DNA from: a virus
Taxonomy: Duplodnaviria; Caudoviricetes
Length of the DNA: 59,259 nucleotides
IMG/VR virus record: IMGVR_UViG_3300045738_001587
Coordinates: 1 to 59,259 of that record
Strand: one strand, 5' to 3'
Part shown: one piece after another, positions 1 to 7,688 of the stretch
How positions within the stretch are numbered: position 1 is the stretch's first letter
Layout: the number at the start of each line of letters is the position of its first letter
The notes under the pieces: model-generated
What the model was told of the DNA's origin: nothing
The model's database searches: none
The model's input: only the letters and a program-made list of their open reading frames with translations
Made by a program: the position numbers and the translations under genes

Positions 1-2
1 GC

Positions 3-344
3 AGGTCGTCATATAGAGGTCTTTGCAAAGTGGTGAAAGGAGCAAAGAATTGCAAGTCTAGTGTTGTCTGTGATGCCTTGATTTTAGATGAACAAAGCCG
101 TAGCGATACTTATCCATATATAGAAGTCGAAGAAGAAAGTGCGACCATAGAACATGAAGCGTCGGTAAGTAAGATTGGAGAAGATCAATTGTTTTACCTA
201 ATGTCTCGCGGGATGACCGAAGGCGAAGCGTGTTCATTGATTGTGAGTGGCTTTGTTGAACCACTAACTAAGATTCTTCCAATGGAATATAGTATTGAAC
301 TGAATAAATTAATTGAGTTACAAATGGAGGGATCAGTGGGATAA
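3..344 (+). CDS. sufB: Fe-S cluster assembly protein SufB, C-terminal part (5' truncated by window)
   Basis: SYRGL..CDALILD..SRSDTYPYIE..HEASVSKIGEDQLFYLMSRG..LPMEYSIELNKLIELQMEGSVG is the SufB C-terminus. Confidence 0.93.
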   Translation, partial: RSSYRGLCKVVKGAKNCKSSVVCDALILDEQSRSDTYPYIEVEEESATIEHEASVSKIGEDQLFYLMSRGMTEGEACSLIVSGFVEPLTKILPMEYSIELNKLIELQMEGSVG

Positions 345-779
345 ATGAGCCTACCACACATTTACACTCTTGGTGGTCGTAAACAAAACAATCCCAACGA
401 AAGAAACGATTGTACAGTAAGGGCTTTAGCTATCTCTACTAATACAGATTACAAAATTGCTCACGACTTTCTCAAAGAACGTGGTCGTAGGTGTAGAAAA
501 TCCTTTCGATTTCCTAAGAAGTGTTCTGATGATTGTGCATTAGGCTATGAGTTTATTTGGAAGCCCTTTACTTTTGTAAAAGGGAAAAAAAGAATGAGTC
601 CTGAGCGTTTCGCTATAGAGTTTTCTAAAGGTGTTTATATTTGTAAAACTGTGAAGCACGTTTATGCTGTAGTGAATGGAATCATCAATGATGCCTATAA
701 GGTTGATTGGTATGATGGTCGATGCGTTTATGGCTGTTGGAAAGTAGATGAGTCACCTTGCTTGGGAGAACGAACATGA
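345..779 (+). CDS. Hypothetical phage protein with possible Cys-His-Asp (papain/C39-like) motif
   Basis: NDCTVRALAI and KHVYAVVNGIIND motifs; starts immediately after the sufB stop. Confidence 0.55.
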   Translation: MSLPHIYTLGGRKQNNPNERNDCTVRALAISTNTDYKIAHDFLKERGRRCRKSFRFPKKCSDDCALGYEFIWKPFTFVKGKKRMSPERFAIEFSKGVYICKTVKHVYAVVNGIINDAYKVDWYDGRCVYGCWKVDESPCLGERT

Positions 780-979
780 ATGATAAAGAAAAAGCAGATA
801 AGTATGATGAATTGGTAGAGAAGTCTGGCAACGGTGATGATGTAATAGACATTGAAGGACAGAAGTGGCTCCGTATGCACCCTGAGATGGAGAAATGGGC
901 AGACATGAACAAAGATATGATTGAATGGATGACAGAAGCTACCAACAAACACAGAACCCCTCGTAGCGATTGTGGGTAA
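776..979 (+). CDS. Hypothetical protein
   Basis: ATGA overlap with the previous gene and GGAG RBS; ATG 776 preferred over TTG 758. Confidence 0.6.
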   Translation: MNDKEKADKYDELVEKSGNGDDVIDIEGQKWLRMHPEMEKWADMNKDMIEWMTEATNKHRTPRSDCG

Positions 980-987
980 GTAAATGC

Positions 988-1059
988 GGCCTCATCGTCT
1001 AGTGGTTAGGACTCCAGCTTTTCACGCTGGCAACAGGGGTTCGACTCCCCTTGAGGTCA
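988..1059 (+). tRNA. tRNA-Glu (anticodon TTC), CCA not encoded
   Basis: Acceptor GGCCTCA/TGAGGTC, anticodon stem CCAGC/GCTGG with loop TT-TTC-AC, T-arm AGGGG-TTCGACT-CCCCT. Confidence 0.95.
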
Positions 1060-1080
1060 CTAATAATTATGGAGAAGCCA

Positions 1081-1518
1081 ATGAAAACAAGTGATATAAA
1101 TTGGGATATAAGGTTTTTGGAAATAGCAGAACTTGTGTCTCACTGGTCAAAAGACCCATCTACTCAGGTGGGTGCTGCTGTGATAGACCCCGATAGGCGT
1201 GTAGTTTCTTTGGGCTATAATGGCTTCCCAAAAGGCATTTGTGACGACGAGAGACTCAATAAACGCCAAACGAAATATAAGATAGTGGTACATGCTGAAT
1301 GTAACGCATTACTTTTTGCGGATAGGCCACTAACACAATGTACCATGTATACATTCCCCTTTATGCCCTGCCCAACTTGCGCTGGCCTCATTATTCAATC
1401 TGGAATAACTAGAGTTGTTACATACGAAAACAAGATTTGGCGGTGGCAAGAAGAATTTGATGTATCAAGGGCGATGTTTAAGGAGGCAGGCACTAAACTA
1501 GACGAACTCTTGTGTTAA
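1081..1518 (+). CDS. dCMP deaminase (ComEB-like)
   Basis: SKDPSTQVGA, GYNGFP, HAECNA and PCPTC zinc motifs; GGAG upstream of ATG 1081 (ATG 1069 is an alternative start). Confidence 0.92.
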   Translation: MKTSDINWDIRFLEIAELVSHWSKDPSTQVGAAVIDPDRRVVSLGYNGFPKGICDDERLNKRQTKYKIVVHAECNALLFADRPLTQCTMYTFPFMPCPTCAGLIIQSGITRVVTYENKIWRWQEEFDVSRAMFKEAGTKLDELLC

Positions 1519-1521
1519 GAC

Positions 1522-1594
1522 GGACTTGTAGCTCAGTGGTTAGAGCAGTCGTCTTATAAGCGACAGGTCGCTGGTTCAATTCCAGCCAAGTCTA
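1522..1594 (+). tRNA. tRNA-Ile (anticodon TAT), CCA not encoded
   Basis: Acceptor GGACTTG/CAAGTCT, D-arm GCTC/GAGC, anticodon stem GTCGT/GCGAC with loop CT-TAT-AA (1555-1557), T-arm GCTGG-TTCAATT-CCAGC, discriminator A. Confidence 0.92.
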
Positions 1595-1646
1595 TTTGTA
1601 TCGTCCAATATACACCGATATGTACGAAAAAACCTGTATCCATTTG
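1593..1646 (+). repeat. Intergenic ~53-bp element, copy 1
   Basis: TATTTGTAtCgTCCAATATAcaCCGATATGT-N12-GTATCCATTTG; matches 5173-5225. Confidence 0.85.
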
Positions 1647-1656
1647 GAGAACTATT

Positions 1657-1893
1657 ATGGCAGATTTCTGCTTAGATTGTACAATTGAACTTTTTGGGAA
1701 AAATTATGCGGAAAAAAATGACTTTCGTGGTATAATAAGTAAGGAAGTTGTGGACGATGGGTATTTAGCTTCGGTGTTATGCGAGGGCTGCGGATTTATA
1801 ATGGTAGATAACCTCGGTAAAAGAATCTCCACGGCTGACGAATGGGTAGAAAATACTACCAACACAAAGATACCAAGACCAGACAACAATTAA
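1657..1893 (+). CDS. Hypothetical Cys-rich (CxxC...CxxC) protein
   Basis: GGAG RBS; FCLDC and LCEGCG motifs. Confidence 0.7.
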   Translation: MADFCLDCTIELFGKNYAEKNDFRGIISKEVVDDGYLASVLCEGCGFIMVDNLGKRISTADEWVENTTNTKIPRPDNN

Positions 1894-1903
1894 GGAGTGT
1901 GCC

Positions 1904-2407
1904 GTGGGCTTACAATACAGACTAACATGCTGTGATAGAATTTACCTAAGCCGCGTACCCACCAACAGGATGCAAGCGTGTCCATACTGTGGAGAGAAAA
2001 ATCCAGTGACAGAAGAAGTGGACAAAGAAGATCATGTGTTTCCGGTAACATTCGGTCACTCTGGAGACAAGAAGCATGACGTTAGGCCGTGGGGTTCCTA
2101 CATCGTTCTATTGGATGAGCCAAGCGTTAAAGTCAAAAAGATAACAGTTAAACCAAAACAAAGACTAAGCCTACAGCTTCACACCAAAAGGGAAGAACTC
2201 TGGAAGATAATTTCTGGATTTGGGGTTATGCGTGTTGGTCACAGAGAATTTGATATAAAGGCTGGAGATCAAGTCGAAATCCATAATTACCAAGTCCACC
2301 GTGTAGAAAACTCAGGTGAAGAAAACCTGATTTTCATTGAGGTTCAAACTGGCGTATGTCAAGAAGATGATATTATCAGGATACAAGACGACTACGACAG
2401 AAGCTAG
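1904..2407 (+). CDS. Cupin, mannose-6-phosphate isomerase type II C-terminal-like, with N-terminal Zn ribbon
   Basis: RPWGSY, KVKKITVKP..RLSLQLH..REELW, HRVEN..FIEVQTG..EDDIIRIQDDYDR; N-terminal CC and CPYCG; AAGGAG RBS. Confidence 0.85.
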   Translation: MGLQYRLTCCDRIYLSRVPTNRMQACPYCGEKNPVTEEVDKEDHVFPVTFGHSGDKKHDVRPWGSYIVLLDEPSVKVKKITVKPKQRLSLQLHTKREELWKIISGFGVMRVGHREFDIKAGDQVEIHNYQVHRVENSGEENLIFIEVQTGVCQEDDIIRIQDDYDRS

Positions 2408-2428
2408 TCAGATTAAAATGGAGACAAG

Positions 2429-2668
2429 ATGGTTGAATCAATAGAAGTATATGAGGTAGGCACGGAAGTAGTCTTATCAGATGGAGTCGATGCCAAAATT
2501 GTAACGGTTGCCATCCACGCTGGAAACATGGTTCAGTACGAGTGTTCTTGGTGGAGCAGCAAAACCAGAACTAGAGATTGGTTTACCGTAGAAGATTTCA
2601 AAGAAATCGGAAAAAAGGATAAACCGACTAAGATTGGCTTTCTGAGGACAACGAACAGTGAGCAATAA
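2429..2668 (+). CDS. Small hypothetical protein (DUF2158/YodC-like)
   Basis: GGAG RBS; VGTEVVL...YECSWW...WF pattern. Confidence 0.6.
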   Translation: MVESIEVYEVGTEVVLSDGVDAKIVTVAIHAGNMVQYECSWWSSKTRTRDWFTVEDFKEIGKKDKPTKIGFLRTTNSEQ

Positions 2669-2891
2669 ACCATTTTCAATTAAGTACGATTGGGATGACT
2701 TCGATGATACTTGGAAACTGACAGATTTCCAAAAATACCGCATACGCAGTCGGTTCAAGAGAGAGGTTGAAGAAACCATCCAAGGTATAATTGATGAATC
2801 CATTAGCGACAAGAGAAAGAGAAGGGCGGAGCTAAATTCACACAACGATCCAAAAGACCCTTTCAACTTAGACCTTGGTGGAGAAGGATAA
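2658..2891 (+). CDS. Hypothetical protein
   Basis: Overlaps both neighbours (TAATG coupling at 2889-2893). Confidence 0.6.
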   Translation: MSNKPFSIKYDWDDFDDTWKLTDFQKYRIRSRFKREVEETIQGIIDESISDKRKRRAELNSHNDPKDPFNLDLGGEG

Positions 2892-3022
2892 TGAGTAATG
2901 GTTTTGAAAGATGGCTAGACAACCATAATCACAAAATGGAACTGATGAGAACTTTATTTGGGCTTATAGCTGCTTCAACCGGCATACTAATTTTTTTGAA
3001 GGTATTTAATTTTCTAGACTAA
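2891..3022 (+). CDS. Small membrane protein, 43 aa (not in ORF track)
   Basis: MSNGFERWLDNHNHKMELMRTLFGLIAASTGILIFLKVFNFLD; TAATG coupling; one hydrophobic helix. Confidence 0.65.
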   Translation: MSNGFERWLDNHNHKMELMRTLFGLIAASTGILIFLKVFNFLD

Positions 3023-3029
3023 AGGATAT

Positions 3030-3161
3030 ATGATGGACATTAAGGAACATTTTAGTAGAATGTTGGTAACACTTGGATGGGCTGCTACGGGTGGTGTTGT
3101 GCTTTATGGCATGTACGGCCTGTGTCGCCTGTGTCATATCACTTCGCTTATGGGCAGTTAG
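3030..3161 (+). CDS. Small membrane protein, 43 aa (not in ORF track)
   Basis: AAGGA RBS; MMDIKEHFSRMLVTLGWAATGGVVLYGMYGLCRLCHITSLMGS; stop lies inside tRNA-Val. Confidence 0.5.
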   Translation: MMDIKEHFSRMLVTLGWAATGGVVLYGMYGLCRLCHITSLMGS

Positions 3162-3224
3162 CTCAGTTGGTAGAGCATCACGTTGACATCGTGGAGGTCA
3201 TTGGTTCAAGTCCAATACTGCCCA
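3152..3224 (+). tRNA. tRNA-Val (anticodon GAC), CCA not encoded
   Basis: Acceptor GGGCAGT/ACTGCCC, anticodon loop TT-GAC-AT, T-arm ATTGG-TTCAAGT-CCAAT. Confidence 0.95.
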
Positions 3225-3281
3225 CTTTGCTTGCATCAGTTTCACAGCTTTGTATTTTAAAGGGTTATAAATTAATATAAA

Positions 3282-3374
3282 ATGTGGTATAAACTTGTAT
3301 TAGCGTCGGCAATAATTTCTGTCATAATGGTCGGACTCCACTTTTTCCTAAAAAGAATTAGGGACGGGGGATAA
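3282..3374 (+). CDS. Possible 30-aa membrane peptide
   Basis: MWYKLVLASAIISVIMVGLHFFLKRIRDGG fills the gap after the tRNA; weak RBS. Confidence 0.35.
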   Translation: MWYKLVLASAIISVIMVGLHFFLKRIRDGG

Positions 3375-3381
3375 AAATTCA

Positions 3382-3621
3382 GTGGATAAAATAAAACCAA
3401 ATAAGGATAAAAAGATGGATTGGATCAATATAACTAAATTTCTCATCATACTGGCGTTTTGCACTATATTTGTGTGGGACAGCATAGTAATGTTTTTTGC
3501 TAAGGATATGAACGCAACTATTAGTCTTTCAATTTACACTCTCTCCAGACAGCACCCAATTATCCCGTTTATGATAGGGACTTTGTGTGGCCATGTGTTC
3601 TGGCCCCTCATGCACAACTGA
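3382..3621 (+). CDS. Small two-TM membrane protein
   Basis: Two hydrophobic segments and HPIIPF..G.LCGH.FW; start may be ATG 3415. Confidence 0.65.
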   Translation: MDKIKPNKDKKMDWINITKFLIILAFCTIFVWDSIVMFFAKDMNATISLSIYTLSRQHPIIPFMIGTLCGHVFWPLMHN

Positions 3622-3633
3622 CAGGTCTGCTAA

Positions 3634-3834
3634 ATGGACAAACAAACAGAGCTTAAGATTTCCAGTTTAGAATATCAGATAAGAAAGACAGAAAGAGGAA
3701 TAAAGGTTTTGTTTGCACAAAAGGGTAACGCAGATGAAATTTTAAAGTATGGAGAAAAAAGAGAAAAGTTACAGGACGAGTTAGAGTTTTTAACAGGCGA
3801 AAGAGAGCCACGCATCCCGAATTGGCCTTTATAG
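3634..3834 (+). CDS. Hypothetical coiled-coil protein
   Basis: 66-aa ORF in the co-directional gene run. Confidence 0.6.
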   Translation: MDKQTELKISSLEYQIRKTERGIKVLFAQKGNADEILKYGEKREKLQDELEFLTGEREPRIPNWPL

Positions 3835-3842
3835 GAGAAATT

Positions 3843-4286
3843 ATGAGTGAGTCATTAAAAACAATTGTAGTGGATTGCGATGGGGTTATCGCTGGGAAAT
3901 CGAATGGCGGTGACTATGCAAACGCTCCCCCTCTGACACATGGGATCAAGCAAGTAAATGAGCTATATGACATGGGATATGAAATAACCCTCTTTACCGC
4001 TAGATATGGTGACAGGGAAAAGGGCAACATCCATAAGCAGTACAGCCGTGGCTTTAAAGAGTGGACAGAGTGGTTGGAAAAGCATGGTGTCAAGTATCAC
4101 AACGCCTACATGGGTAAGCCAGCAGGAGTCCTCTACATCGACGACAAGGCCGCTAGGGTTACTGGTGACGATGAAGATGGGTGGAAAGCAGTCTGGAAAG
4201 AAGAGGAAGAATTGAAGGGCAAAGACAAGTACGGAAATCACTACACCGAAGAACAGCGCAGTTATTGGGATGGATTCATTGGATAG
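3843..4286 (+). CDS. HAD-family phosphatase (capsule biosynthesis phosphatase-like)
   Basis: VDCDGVI (DxD), TAR, MGKP..LYIDDKA; AGGAG RBS before ATG 3843. Confidence 0.8.
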   Translation: MSESLKTIVVDCDGVIAGKSNGGDYANAPPLTHGIKQVNELYDMGYEITLFTARYGDREKGNIHKQYSRGFKEWTEWLEKHGVKYHNAYMGKPAGVLYIDDKAARVTGDDEDGWKAVWKEEEELKGKDKYGNHYTEEQRSYWDGFIG

Positions 4287-4290
4287 CCCC

Positions 4291-5169
4291 ATGATTATTA
4301 AGAAAGTGGGAATCATAGGACAAGGCTTTGTGGGAACAGCCCTCAAGGAAGCGTTCTTACCCCACTACGAGACACTAACATACGACAAGTTTAGGGACGA
4401 CCTTTCTACACACAGTAGCATAGCAGGCGTTTCACGCGAATGTGATGCCATATTCGTCTGTGTTCCCACTCCTATGAGTCCCGATGGCAGTTGCGACACT
4501 TCTATAGTGGATACTGTCTGCGAAGAAATATCCAGCAGCGCAGGACGATTCTGTTCGGGAATCACCCACCCAACGTGGGAGGGAATTGATTTCTCTGCCA
4601 CCGAGAGAATAATCGTAATCAAATCCACCGTTCCACCTAGCTTCACACAACAAAAAAACCACTCATCGGAGGGTGAATTCGTATTTAATCCAGAATTCCT
4701 AATGGAAAGAAGCGCGACAGAGGACTTTAAAAATACAAACAGGGTTATACTAGGTGGGTCACAGAGAGCCACTTCGGTATTAAAACAATTTTACTTAAAA
4801 GTATTTCCCGACGCTGACATAACAGAGACAGACCCCACGACAGCAGAATTTGTTAAGTATATTACCAACAGCTTTTTAGCCGCAAAGGTGTCCATAGCAA
4901 ATGAATTTTCATTACTGTGTTCTGCTTTTGGGGTAGACTACAATGAGGTTATAGAATATGCTACCCTCGATGAGAGGCTCGGTAGATCACATTGGGCTGT
5001 TGGTTCGTCTAGTCCTGACGGAAAGTTGGGGTTCGGTGGAACCTGCTTTCCTAAAGATTTAAATGCTATCATCGCCGTAGCGGAGTCATTATCACTTTCT
5101 ATGGACACCCTCAAGGGGGCTTGGGAGACTAACCTTAGAGTCAGGCCAGAGAAAGATTGGGAGCAATAG
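4291..5169 (+). CDS. UDP-glucose/GDP-mannose 6-dehydrogenase family protein (short form lacking the C-terminal domain)
   Basis: GQGFVG, FVCVPTP, IKSTVPP, FNPEFL, catalytic GFGGTCFPKD. Confidence 0.9.
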   Translation: MIIKKVGIIGQGFVGTALKEAFLPHYETLTYDKFRDDLSTHSSIAGVSRECDAIFVCVPTPMSPDGSCDTSIVDTVCEEISSSAGRFCSGITHPTWEGIDFSATERIIVIKSTVPPSFTQQKNHSSEGEFVFNPEFLMERSATEDFKNTNRVILGGSQRATSVLKQFYLKVFPDADITETDPTTAEFVKYITNSFLAAKVSIANEFSLLCSAFGVDYNEVIEYATLDERLGRSHWAVGSSSPDGKLGFGGTCFPKDLNAIIAVAESLSLSMDTLKGAWETNLRVRPEKDWEQ

Positions 5170-5172
5170 ATT

Positions 5173-5225
5173 TATTTGTACCTTCCAATATATCCCGATA
5201 TGTTGGCAAAACTCGTATCCATTTG
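5173..5225 (+). repeat. Intergenic ~53-bp element, copy 2
   Basis: TATTTGTAcCtTCCAATATAtcCCGATATGT-N11-GTATCCATTTG; contains the dyad CCAATATATC-CC-GATATGTTGG. Confidence 0.85.
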
Positions 5226-5236
5226 AAGTCTGACTT

Positions 5237-5968
5237 ATGAATTATTTATTCGATGTGGACGGAACTTTAACACCGCATAGACATCCTATGGACAAAGACT
5301 TCAGAAGGATGTTTGGAAAATGGGTAAGCGACCAGCAGCAAATTGGAGACAAGGTTTATCTGGTAACGGGTTCAGACAAGAAAAAGACCGTAGAGCAAAT
5401 AGGCTTGGCTCTATGGAGACATGTTAGTGGCTGCTACCAAAACTGCGGAAACCAACTTTATGTTCGGGGTAGACTAATAAAACAATCTCCTTGGAAAATA
5501 AGCGAGGAATTAAGATTAAGCATCATGGAGATTATTAGTAGTAGCCTATGGTATGGGGTTGCAGGAGAGAATATAAACGAGAGAGTTGGTATGATAAACA
5601 TATCAACCGTAGGCAGAGAATGTACAGCACTACAAAGGCTACAGTATTTAAATTGGGACAAAAAGAGCAGAGAGCGAGAGTCCATTATTAAAACAATATT
5701 ATCAAGCAACCCAGACTTAGACGCGACCATAGGCGGCGAGATAAGCATTGATATATACCCAAAGGGCAGAGATAAATCACAAGTTTTATTTGACATTCAG
5801 GGCGAAACATTTTTCTTTGGGGATAAGTGCGAGCTAGGCGGCAACGATTACACGGTAGCAAAACGATCAGATTTCTACTTTAATGTCTCGGGACATGAAG
5901 AAACAAGGTATTTGTTAGAGTCTTTTATTAATAGTAACAAAAACGGTGAGTCAAATGAACAGACTTAA
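5237..5968 (+). CDS. HAD-IIB phosphomannomutase, eukaryotic PMM-like
   Basis: FDVDGTLT, VTGSD, ERVGMINIS.VGR, GGEISIDIYPKG.DK, FFGDK...GGNDY. Confidence 0.85.
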   Translation: MNYLFDVDGTLTPHRHPMDKDFRRMFGKWVSDQQQIGDKVYLVTGSDKKKTVEQIGLALWRHVSGCYQNCGNQLYVRGRLIKQSPWKISEELRLSIMEIISSSLWYGVAGENINERVGMINISTVGRECTALQRLQYLNWDKKSRERESIIKTILSSNPDLDATIGGEISIDIYPKGRDKSQVLFDIQGETFFFGDKCELGGNDYTVAKRSDFYFNVSGHEETRYLLESFINSNKNGESNEQT

Positions 5969-6506
5969 AGGCATGAGAACATATTTAGCAGGCGCTATGG
6001 ATCGTGTTGACGACGGAGGCAATGGATGGAGAGAAAAGATCACTCCTATGCTCAAGAAAATGGGTGTTGTGGTCATCAACCCATGTGATAAGCCAGCGGA
6101 TGTAGTGATTGAAGATAGCGAAACACGTTCAAATATAGAAAAGCTCAAGGTGTCTGGCGAATTTGAAAAGATAAGAAAGAACTATGGGGTAATAAGAACC
6201 CTTGACCTTCGGTGCGTAGACATCTCAGACTTTTTAATAGTAAGCATTGACTTAGACATACATGCTTGCGGGACGTATGAGGAAATCTCGGTGGCTAACA
6301 GTCAAAAGAAACCAGTATTAGTCTGGTGTCAGCAGGGCAAGGTGTCCGCACCGAACTGGCTATTCTTTATGCTCCCACATCAGCACATATTTGATTCTAT
6401 GGAGAACCTCATGGGCTACTTGGCATATGTAGATAGACACAAGACCAGTGTGGATCACTACAAGAGATGGTTCTTTTTCAACAAACAAAAAATGGAAATG
6501 ATTTGA
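5946..6506 (+). CDS. Nucleoside 2-deoxyribosyltransferase-like protein
   Basis: YLAGAM..WRE..NP, DL..VD.SD, GTYEE, KKPV motifs. Confidence 0.75.
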   Translation: MSQMNRLKGMRTYLAGAMDRVDDGGNGWREKITPMLKKMGVVVINPCDKPADVVIEDSETRSNIEKLKVSGEFEKIRKNYGVIRTLDLRCVDISDFLIVSIDLDIHACGTYEEISVANSQKKPVLVWCQQGKVSAPNWLFFMLPHQHIFDSMENLMGYLAYVDRHKTSVDHYKRWFFFNKQKMEMI

Positions 6507-6667
6507 TGGCACTATATACAATTGGTATAACGATATTCCTTTACTGGATTACCTGCGTTTCGTGTATCAGAGGCAAGGACTACCCACACGCTATAATGTG
6601 GTTTGCATACGGGCTTGCCAACTTAGGTCTGCTGTGGTACGAATATAGAAAAGTTGTAAAATCTTGA
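6506..6667 (+). CDS. Small membrane protein
   Basis: TGATG coupling; two hydrophobic segments, WFAYGLANLGL. Confidence 0.65.
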   Translation: MALYTIGITIFLYWITCVSCIRGKDYPHAIMWFAYGLANLGLLWYEYRKVVKS

Positions 6668-6697
6668 AATTTAAGCTGTACCGAAGCTCGTCACGCA

Positions 6698-6707
6698 CTA
6701 TAATATA
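6698..6707 (+). promoter_or_regulatory. Putative -10 element (CTATAATATA)
   Basis: Perfect TATAAT at 6699-6704 in an intergenic gap; no good -35; similar motif at 14427 and 37018. Confidence 0.5.
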
Positions 6708-6740
6708 ACAGACGCTAACCAAAATGGAGATCACAATACA

Positions 6741-6962
6741 ATGGTAAGTTTAAATGAAATGGCTGACGCGCATATCAAAAATGTGCATCAGAAGATCGAA
6801 GAGCTTAAAGGGCAGCAAGCCCAAATTGAGCAAGAAGTGGCGAGACTGAGTATGTATCTTGAACAATGCGTTGAAGAGCTTGCGTCTCAAAAATCCCCAA
6901 CTGTGCCTAACCCCCCAGCGTTCGGAGATCCGACGACGGGACAAGGTGCTGTATTTCAGTAG
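6741..6962 (+). CDS. Hypothetical coiled-coil protein
   Basis: GGAG RBS; heptad pattern. Confidence 0.65.
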   Translation: MVSLNEMADAHIKNVHQKIEELKGQQAQIEQEVARLSMYLEQCVEELASQKSPTVPNPPAFGDPTTGQGAVFQ

Positions 6963-6973
6963 GAGTTTTACAA

Positions 6974-7294
6974 ATGGGAATTAGTGAATTTTACGACAGT
7001 TTGTCCTCCCTTCCCGTTAGCTATACTTGGTCTATCCAAGGTCAAAATGTTATCGTTGGGACAGGCAGTCGCGGCAATGCTAGAGGATTGACCTTCAATC
7101 CAGTTACAGCGGTCGCGTTTGCTGAAGGGTACGGTTCTTTTGGAACCAATAAGAGAGACACGCTTAGAGCCGGTAGGACTCTTGGTTTGACTCGCACGTT
7201 TACGGAAAATTTGTATCAGGCTACGACCAATTATTCAAACAGAGGTCATAGTCAAGTTGTTAGAGGCAAGGTTCGTTCAGCATTGGAGCTTTAA
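6974..7294 (+). CDS. Hypothetical protein
   Basis: AGGAG RBS; 106 aa. Confidence 0.7.
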   Translation: MGISEFYDSLSSLPVSYTWSIQGQNVIVGTGSRGNARGLTFNPVTAVAFAEGYGSFGTNKRDTLRAGRTLGLTRTFTENLYQATTNYSNRGHSQVVRGKVRSALEL

Positions 7295-7295
7295 T

Positions 7296-7676
7296 ATGAA
7301 TGTTAATTGTTGGTTAGGGTGTGGTAGACTTACTAAGGACGCTGAAGCAAGCGTCACTAAGAAAGGCACATCCATGAGTAAATTTCGGTTGGCGGTTAAT
7401 GATCGCCGTACTGAAGAAACGCTTTTCTTGAACGTCTTGTGTTTTGGCAAGATGGCGGAAAGTCTTAATGAGCATCTAACAAAGGGTCGCCTGATCTCAG
7501 TTCAGGGCAAGATCAAGGTTGATGAGTATGAGGACAAGAATGGCAATCCGCGAAACTCAGTCTGCGTCATGGCAGACGAGATTTCCCTTGGCCCAAATCC
7601 TAATGGTCAGGGTTCCCCGCAGCGCGAAGCAGTGACTGCGGTCGAAACCGTAGCCGAAGGAGAAACTCCATTCTAA
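7296..7676 (+). CDS. ssb: Single-stranded DNA-binding protein
   Basis: N...G.GRLTKD, FRLAVN, FGK.AE...LTKGRLISVQG, acidic tail ending ETPF. Confidence 0.92.
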   Translation: MNVNCWLGCGRLTKDAEASVTKKGTSMSKFRLAVNDRRTEETLFLNVLCFGKMAESLNEHLTKGRLISVQGKIKVDEYEDKNGNPRNSVCVMADEISLGPNPNGQGSPQREAVTAVETVAEGETPF

Positions 7677-7688
7677 GGAAATATAGAC

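Noticed and set aside
1051-1080. TTG start for dCMP deaminase at 1051
   Set aside because: Lies inside the tRNA-Glu T/acceptor stem; ATG 1081 has an RBS
3077-3280. 67-aa + strand ORF from the track
   Set aside because: Runs through the whole of tRNA-Val; the tRNA explains the sequence better
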